From contig JBDRWW010000001.1 of assembly GCA_039802605.1 (NCBI GenBank), positions 32,001 to 96,000 on the forward strand: DNA of 64,000 nucleotides, given 5' to 3'. Below the pieces are notes generated by a model. That model was given only the letters and a program-made list of their open reading frames with translations. It was not told the DNA's origin and ran no database searches. The number at the start of each line of letters is the position of its first letter. The first letter of the stretch is position 1. This DNA is from a candidate division WOR-3 bacterium. GTDB taxonomy: Bacteria > Hydrothermota > Hydrothermia > LBFQ01. Made by a program: the position numbers and the translations under genes. Below, piece after piece: positions 58,822 to 64,000 of this stretch.

Positions 58822-60162
58822 ATGGGAGAGGACATAAGGGAAATCTTTTACTCGGAAGCCCATAACATAATTTCAACATTGCGCGAAATAGTTGGCAGGG
58901 GGCTTAAAGGGGTTTCGGAAAAGGATATTGATGAGGCTTACAGGTTAATACATACGCTAAAAGGTGCGGCGGGATTTGTGGGTTTAAGCGAACTGATATA
59001 CACTTGCCACAAATGGGAGGAAAGTTTAAACCTCATAAAGAAAACCAAAAGATACGAAGAATTTCTGCCTACGATATCCTCCGCGGTTGAGGAGATAAAC
59101 GATATTTTATATTCGGCATCTTATGAGGATGTGTATTTTATCAGCGCGAGGGATTTACACGAGATTGAGGGGGAATTGTTGGGAATTTTGGAGGATATTT
59201 CAAAGGGAAAGACATCGGATATCTTGAAGAGGTTAAGGGGGATGTATAATCGTATATTTTCCTTACGAACCCGTCCCATAAGCGATATTTATAAGAGGTT
59301 AAGGGTGGGTTTCAACGAGCTGCTATCAAAAACGGGTAAAAAGGCGATTATCCAAACGCTCGGCGGAAACATAACCTTGGAGGTCGATAACTTAAAGAGG
59401 GTTGAGAGTATTTTGGTGCATTTGGTAAGGAATGCCGTGGATCACGGCATTGAGCCCCCCGAGGAGAGAATAAAAAAGGGGAAGGGCGAATTCGGTATAG
59501 TAAAAGTTGAGGCACAACAGGAAGGGTCGTATTTAAAAATATCGGTCTCGGATGACGGAAGGGGTATAGATTTAGAATTTCTGGAAAAAAAGGGGAAGGA
59601 AATGGGTTTGCAATTTTCAAACCCCTTAGATTTGATATTCGTTAAAGGGTTTTCAACAAAGGAGGAGGTCACGGAAATATCGGGAAGGGGTTATGGAATG
59701 GATATAGTACTTGAAGAGGCAAAATCCTTGGGTGGATGGGTAAATGTGAAAACGGAGAAGGATAGGGGCACAACCGTTGAGGTGTATATACTATCCGCCC
59801 TTTGGGGGTCAAGGTATCTGTTTGGAAACCTTAAAGGGTACAATGTGGCGTTAAACTTGGATTATGTTTATAGGGTTGCACTGGTGGAGGATGGGGTTAT
59901 ATCAAGGGGCGAAGAGTTTCTTATAAACATAGAGGGAAACCTAATTCCATTGGTGGGATACGATGGGAAGGCCGATTATGCGGTGATTTTGTTAAAGGAT
60001 AATAAAGCCTTTGCCCTATCGTTTGTGGATATATACGGCATAGGGGTGGGTTCTTTTAAACCCGTTAATTTCCAAAACGACGATTTTGTCGGGTTGGTTA
60101 TAAGCGATGAGGGGGGGGTTTTCGTAATGCCAAACATTATAAAATGGTTTGTCGGAAGATAA
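58822..60162 (+). CDS. cheA: Compact CheA-like histidine kinase
   Basis: HPt HTLKG, HLVRNAVDHGIE, DDGRG, GFST...SGRGYGMD, and a CheW-like tail. Confidence 0.85.
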   Translation: MGEDIREIFYSEAHNIISTLREIVGRGLKGVSEKDIDEAYRLIHTLKGAAGFVGLSELIYTCHKWEESLNLIKKTKRYEEFLPTISSAVEEINDILYSASYEDVYFISARDLHEIEGELLGILEDISKGKTSDILKRLRGMYNRIFSLRTRPISDIYKRLRVGFNELLSKTGKKAIIQTLGGNITLEVDNLKRVESILVHLVRNAVDHGIEPPEERIKKGKGEFGIVKVEAQQEGSYLKISVSDDGRGIDLEFLEKKGKEMGLQFSNPLDLIFVKGFSTKEEVTEISGRGYGMDIVLEEAKSLGGWVNVKTEKDRGTTVEVYILSALWGSRYLFGNLKGYNVALNLDYVYRVALVEDGVISRGEEFLINIEGNLIPLVGYDGKADYAVILLKDNKAFALSFVDIYGIGVGSFKPVNFQNDDFVGLVISDEGGVFVMPNIIKWFVGR

Positions 60163-60169
60163 ACGGAAT

Positions 60170-60175
60170 TAGAAT
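60170..60175 (+). promoter_or_regulatory. -10 box TAGAAT, 6 nt before ATG 60182
   Basis: Recurring motif and spacing. Confidence 0.65.
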
Positions 60176-60181
60176 ACGCAT

Positions 60182-61366
60182 ATGGTGTATAAGGAACTCT
60201 TGGACAAAGGGGATAAGATAATCTTAGTTGTCGTTGACGGTCTTGGGGGATTGCCCGTCGTTGGTAGTTTTACGGAATTGGAACTGGCAAACATACCCAA
60301 TTTGGATTCCTTGGCTAAGAAGTTCCCAGTTGGTGCCCTTGAACCCATAGGGGCCGGAATTACACCGGGGAGTGGGCCCGCACACCTTTCCCTTTTCGGC
60401 TATAACCCCTTGGAGCATAGGATAGGTAGGGGTATATTGGAGGCATTGGGTATAGATTTGGAGGTTAAAAGGGGGGATGTGGCGATAAGGTGCAACTTTG
60501 CCACCGTTAAAAACGGTGTTGTCGTGGATAGGAGGGCTGGCAGGATAACCACAGAGGAAAACAAAAGGATAGTGGAAAAACTAAAAGCGATAAATAGGGT
60601 TGAAGATGTTGAGGTTATTTGGGCCAGTGGAAAGGAACATAGGTTTGTTTTGCTTTTGAGGGGTGAGGGGCTTTCCGAAAGTATTAGGGAAACCGACCCG
60701 GGAAAGGAGGGATTGCCCCCATTTGAACCCGAACCATTAACCGAAGAGGCGGAGAAGACTTCAAGGGTGCTAAAAAATATAGTTGATAGTGCAAGGGATA
60801 TTTTGAAAGATGAGGATAGGGCAAACTTCTTTTTGATGAGGGGATACGCAAAGCTCCCGGAGTTGGAAAGTTTTGAGGAAAAATGGGGACTAAAGGCCTT
60901 TGGGGTTGCATCATATCCCATGTATAGGGGTTTGGCAAAGTTGGTGGGTATGTATGTTCCGGATAATACTCCCGATTTTGAATCGGAGTTAAAGGCCCTT
61001 GAAGAGAACATTAACGGCTATGACTTCTTTTACATACACTATAAAGATGCCGACAAGGCGGGTGAGGATGGGGATTGGAGAAAAAAGGTTGAGGCTTTGG
61101 AAAGGTTTGATATGTTTGTGCCAAGGTTGATTGAATTGGGTGGAATTGTTGCCATAACGGGCGATCACAGTACGCCTGCTTTGTTAAGATCCCATTCATG
61201 GCATTATGTACCCCTGTTGATAACATCCTTAAAGGCGGGGGTTCCAACCGCTTGGAGGTTTTGCGAAAAGGAGGCCTTAAAAGGTTCCTTGGGGATAAGA
61301 AAATCTTACGAACTTATGCCCTTGCTTTTGGCAACGGCTGGAAGGCTAAACAGATTCGGGGCCTAA
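60182..61366 (+). CDS. apgM: 2,3-bisphosphoglycerate-independent phosphoglycerate mutase (ApgM type)
   Basis: DGLGG, PGSGPAHLSLFGY, GRGILEALG, DRRAGRI, TGDHSTP, HSWH.VP. Confidence 0.92.
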   Translation: MVYKELLDKGDKIILVVVDGLGGLPVVGSFTELELANIPNLDSLAKKFPVGALEPIGAGITPGSGPAHLSLFGYNPLEHRIGRGILEALGIDLEVKRGDVAIRCNFATVKNGVVVDRRAGRITTEENKRIVEKLKAINRVEDVEVIWASGKEHRFVLLLRGEGLSESIRETDPGKEGLPPFEPEPLTEEAEKTSRVLKNIVDSARDILKDEDRANFFLMRGYAKLPELESFEEKWGLKAFGVASYPMYRGLAKLVGMYVPDNTPDFESELKALEENINGYDFFYIHYKDADKAGEDGDWRKKVEALERFDMFVPRLIELGGIVAITGDHSTPALLRSHSWHYVPLLITSLKAGVPTAWRFCEKEALKGSLGIRKSYELMPLLLATAGRLNRFGA

Positions 61367-62320
61367 TCACCATTTAAAAAGTATAGAACCCCAAGTAAAA
61401 CCCGCGCCAAAGGCCACGGCGAGAACTATATCCCCTTCCTTTAACAACCCCTTATCCTCCATTTCGTCCAAGGCAGTCGGTATTGATGCAGCAGAGGTGT
61501 TTCCATACTCATCAATATTTACATAAACCTTTTCCTTCGGTAGTTTTAACCTCTCCCTAGTGGCCTCAATAATCCTTAAATTCGCCTGGTGCGGTACAAG
61601 CCAGTCTATTTTGTCCGGGGTTATACCCGCCTTTTCCAAAGCCTTTACCGCCGCTTCACCCATCTGAACAACCGCATTTCTAAAAACCTCCCTACCCCTC
61701 ATTCTAACCCCCCAACTCCCAACGGGATAGGCCGTACCGACTTCTATTTTTAAAAGTTCCGCCAAAAACCCATCCCCGCTTATAAAGGTTGATAGTATTC
61801 CCCTATCGCTTTCGTCCTTTGTTAAAACCGCCGCACCCCCTGCATCTCCAAATAAAACCGCCGTAGCCCTATCATCCCAATCTATGAACTTACTTCCACT
61901 TTCAACCCCAACAACGAGAATATACCTATAATCCCCCGTTTCCAATAATCCCCTTGCTATTTCAACCCCGTATATAAATCCCGGACATGCGGCGCTTATA
62001 TCAAAACACGGTTTATTTTTTATACCCAACTTTGCGGAGAGTATGCATGCGGTTGATGGGGTTAGGGAATCGGGTGAAGATGTGGCAACTATTATTAAAT
62101 CCAGATCTTCGGGCTTAACCCCTGCCTTCTTCAAAGCCTTTAACGATGCCCTATAGGCGATTTCCGATGTGGTTATTTCGGGTGGTGATATGTGTCTTTT
62201 CTTTATTCCACTCCTTTCCGTAATCCATTCATCGCTTGTATCCATAAATTTCTCAAAGTCTTTGTTGGTTAAATACCCCTCAGGTGCATAAGAACCTATA
62301 CCCAAAAATCTAACCATCAC
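61367..62320 (-). CDS. fabH: 3-oxoacyl-ACP synthase III
   Basis: DTSDEWI, AAC, LFGDAGGA, HQAN, GNTSAAS, FGAGFTW. Confidence 0.95.
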   Translation of the reverse strand: MMVRFLGIGSYAPEGYLTNKDFEKFMDTSDEWITERSGIKKRHISPPEITTSEIAYRASLKALKKAGVKPEDLDLIIVATSSPDSLTPSTACILSAKLGIKNKPCFDISAACPGFIYGVEIARGLLETGDYRYILVVGVESGSKFIDWDDRATAVLFGDAGGAAVLTKDESDRGILSTFISGDGFLAELLKIEVGTAYPVGSWGVRMRGREVFRNAVVQMGEAAVKALEKAGITPDKIDWLVPHQANLRIIEATRERLKLPKEKVYVNIDEYGNTSAASIPTALDEMEDKGLLKEGDIVLAVAFGAGFTWGSILFKW

Positions 62321-62826
62321 TTTTCCAACTCGGTAATATACGGCAAATATCTAAACTTTTCCGCCGCGTCAAGGCCATAACCCACCAAAAAAACCGGGGG
62401 AACTACAAAACCCACATAATCCGCCTTGAAATCCACCAACCTCTTTTCGGGTTTGTCAAGTAAAACAACGGTTTTTAAACTCGCCGGATTCCTCCTTTTG
62501 AGTAAAGAATATATATAACTCAGGGTCAAACCCGTATCGAGTATATCTTCAACTATCAGTACATGCTCGTGTTCTATGGGGTTATCAAGGTCTTTTAGTA
62601 TTTTAACCTGTCCGGTTGTTTCCGTGAATTTCCCATAACTTGAAACCGCCAAAAAATCCACCCTTGAAGGTATTTTAAGTTTTCTCATAAGGTCGGCCAA
62701 GAACACAAAGGCACCCTTTAAAACCCCTATCAAAACCACCTCTTTACCCTCATAATCCTTTGAAATTTCATCGGCCAATTCCGCAACCCTTTTTTGTATT
62801 TGTTCCTCGGTTATCATAAACGCCAT
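62317..62826 (-). CDS. hpt: Hypoxanthine phosphoribosyltransferase
   Basis: VLKGAFVF, SSYG, VEDILDTGLT, VGYGLD. Confidence 0.95.
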   Translation of the reverse strand: MAFMITEEQIQKRVAELADEISKDYEGKEVVLIGVLKGAFVFLADLMRKLKIPSRVDFLAVSSYGKFTETTGQVKILKDLDNPIEHEHVLIVEDILDTGLTLSYIYSLLKRRNPASLKTVVLLDKPEKRLVDFKADYVGFVVPPVFLVGYGLDAAEKFRYLPYITELEK

Positions 62827-62834
62827 AGTTGGGA

Positions 62835-62840
62835 ATTTTA
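62835..62840 (-). promoter_or_regulatory. -10 box TAAAAT, 8 nt before hpt ATG
   Basis: Recurring motif and spacing. Confidence 0.7.
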
Positions 62841-62894
62841 CCCCCGTAATGTTTCTTAAAGGTAAATCCAGCCGACCAAATCAACGCTAGGTTT

Positions 62895-63815
62895 TCAAGT
62901 AAGGTTTATTTTCCTTATCCTTTCATCCAAAAACTCCCAAAATCCCCCATCAACCACGGGTTTAATCTTCAAAAAACCGACCCTTTTGTCCCCCCCTATC
63001 CTATAAAAATCCTTCTCCGTGCATACAGGTATAGCCCTTAAATCTTCGGCTTTTTTTATTATTTTTTCAACCCCTTTTATCCACCAATGATCCGGAAATA
63101 TCCTATACCCTACAACTTCGGCACCCGAGATTTTTAAAGCGTTTATGAAGCTAAAAGGATCTGCTATACCACAAAAGGGGAAAACCCTCAAACCCCTTAA
63201 ATCCAAAACCCCACCGTTATACTCCACACCTTCAACCTTATACCTCATAACGAAAGAGGGTTTTTCAAGGTTCGGGGGTTTAAAGGGTTTTTCTTCAAGT
63301 TTTAGGTTGAAAACCAAAACATCCGCATACTTTATGGCATCGTTGGGTTCCCTCAAAGGTCCAAAGGGCAATGTGCTCGCTTTTAAATCCGCAGGTCTCA
63401 AAAGTAAGATGTTTATGTGCGCCCTGAGTTTAAAATACTGAAAAGCATCGTCAAATATTACCAGATTTGCCCCTAAATCCCCAGCAATTTCAACACCTTT
63501 AAACCTGTCCTTTGATGCTATTACGGGCCTTCCGGTTTTTATAAAAATCATATAGCCCTCATCCCCTAAGTATTCCGGAGATGGGTATTCCAAGGAATTA
63601 TAAACACCCTTGTATTTCCTCCCATATCCGAGGGTTATAACCGCCGAATTTTCAAACCTCTTGGCGATTTCTATAACAAGGGGTGTTTTCCCTGTTCCCC
63701 CAGTCCTCAAATTCCCCACATTTATTGAAAGTATCTTTGGGGTTCTGGGCTTTGAAAACCCCCTTAAAAGTTTAACGATCCAAGCATAAGGGTTAATCGC
63801 ATCAAAAATCGTCAT
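62895..63815 (-). CDS. lpxK: Tetraacyldisaccharide 4'-kinase
   Basis: VGNL.TGGTGKTP, GDE, DDAFQ, LPFGPLRE, GIADP, FPDH, TEKD. Confidence 0.93.
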   Translation of the reverse strand: MTIFDAINPYAWIVKLLRGFSKPRTPKILSINVGNLRTGGTGKTPLVIEIAKRFENSAVITLGYGRKYKGVYNSLEYPSPEYLGDEGYMIFIKTGRPVIASKDRFKGVEIAGDLGANLVIFDDAFQYFKLRAHINILLLRPADLKASTLPFGPLREPNDAIKYADVLVFNLKLEEKPFKPPNLEKPSFVMRYKVEGVEYNGGVLDLRGLRVFPFCGIADPFSFINALKISGAEVVGYRIFPDHWWIKGVEKIIKKAEDLRAIPVCTEKDFYRIGGDKRVGFLKIKPVVDGGFWEFLDERIRKINLT

Positions 63816-64000
63816 TTAACAACCAAAGCCCTTGTACTTTTTCCCCTCTTTGCAATATAAACTCCCCTCTTCAAATCCTGCGAACACCCTTTACCCTTAA
63901 ATATCCTCTTCCCCGAAATGCTGAAAATCTCATATTCCCCACCAAAGCACACCCTTTTACCCTTTATTTCCGGTTTAAAGATTACGGGAGTATTCACCAT
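63812..64000 (-). CDS. C-terminal end of a T9SS-CTD-like exported protein, truncated by window edge
   Basis: IFSISGKRI...LKRGVYI...LVVK, the same tail as 25182-26687. Confidence 0.6.
   Translation of the reverse strand: MVNTPVIFKPEIKGKRVCFGGEYEIFSISGKRIFKGKGCSQDLKRGVYIAKRGKSTRALVVK

Noticed and set aside
1..64000. CRISPR arrays, IS elements, integrases or prophage at the tRNAs
   Set aside because: No spaced repeats, transposase or integrase motifs, or duplicated tRNA 3' ends were seen by eye.

Overview
A very compact (almost no intergenic DNA) core-genome segment from a diderm bacterium (lpxK, lptD, murA). The purine-rich coding strands and heavy AGG/ATA codon use suggest a thermophile. The gene content resembles candidate phylum WOR-3 or an FCB-related lineage, which is an inference. 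The window holds about 60 mostly housekeeping CDSs in scrambled order, three tRNAs (Lys-TTT, Ser-TGA, Tyr-GTA) and a small degenerate restriction-modification insert. The most unusual signals are architectural. (1) About a dozen predicted exported or outer-membrane proteins (LptD, a TonB-type receptor, PCuAC, TPR proteins, T9SS-CTD-like proteins) have no normal signal peptide, only a 6-10 residue uncharged hydrophobic N-terminus, often M-x-W-hydrophobic-Q. (2) Every transcription-unit head has a TAnAAT -10 box 6-11 nt before the start, implying near-universal leaderless mRNA, and internal genes are stop/start coupled. (3) All three tRNAs lack an encoded CCA and are followed within 3-6 nt by a protein start codon, resembling tRNA punctuation. 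The window also encodes a tRNA nucleotidyltransferase with the loop deletion typical of CC-adding enzymes.
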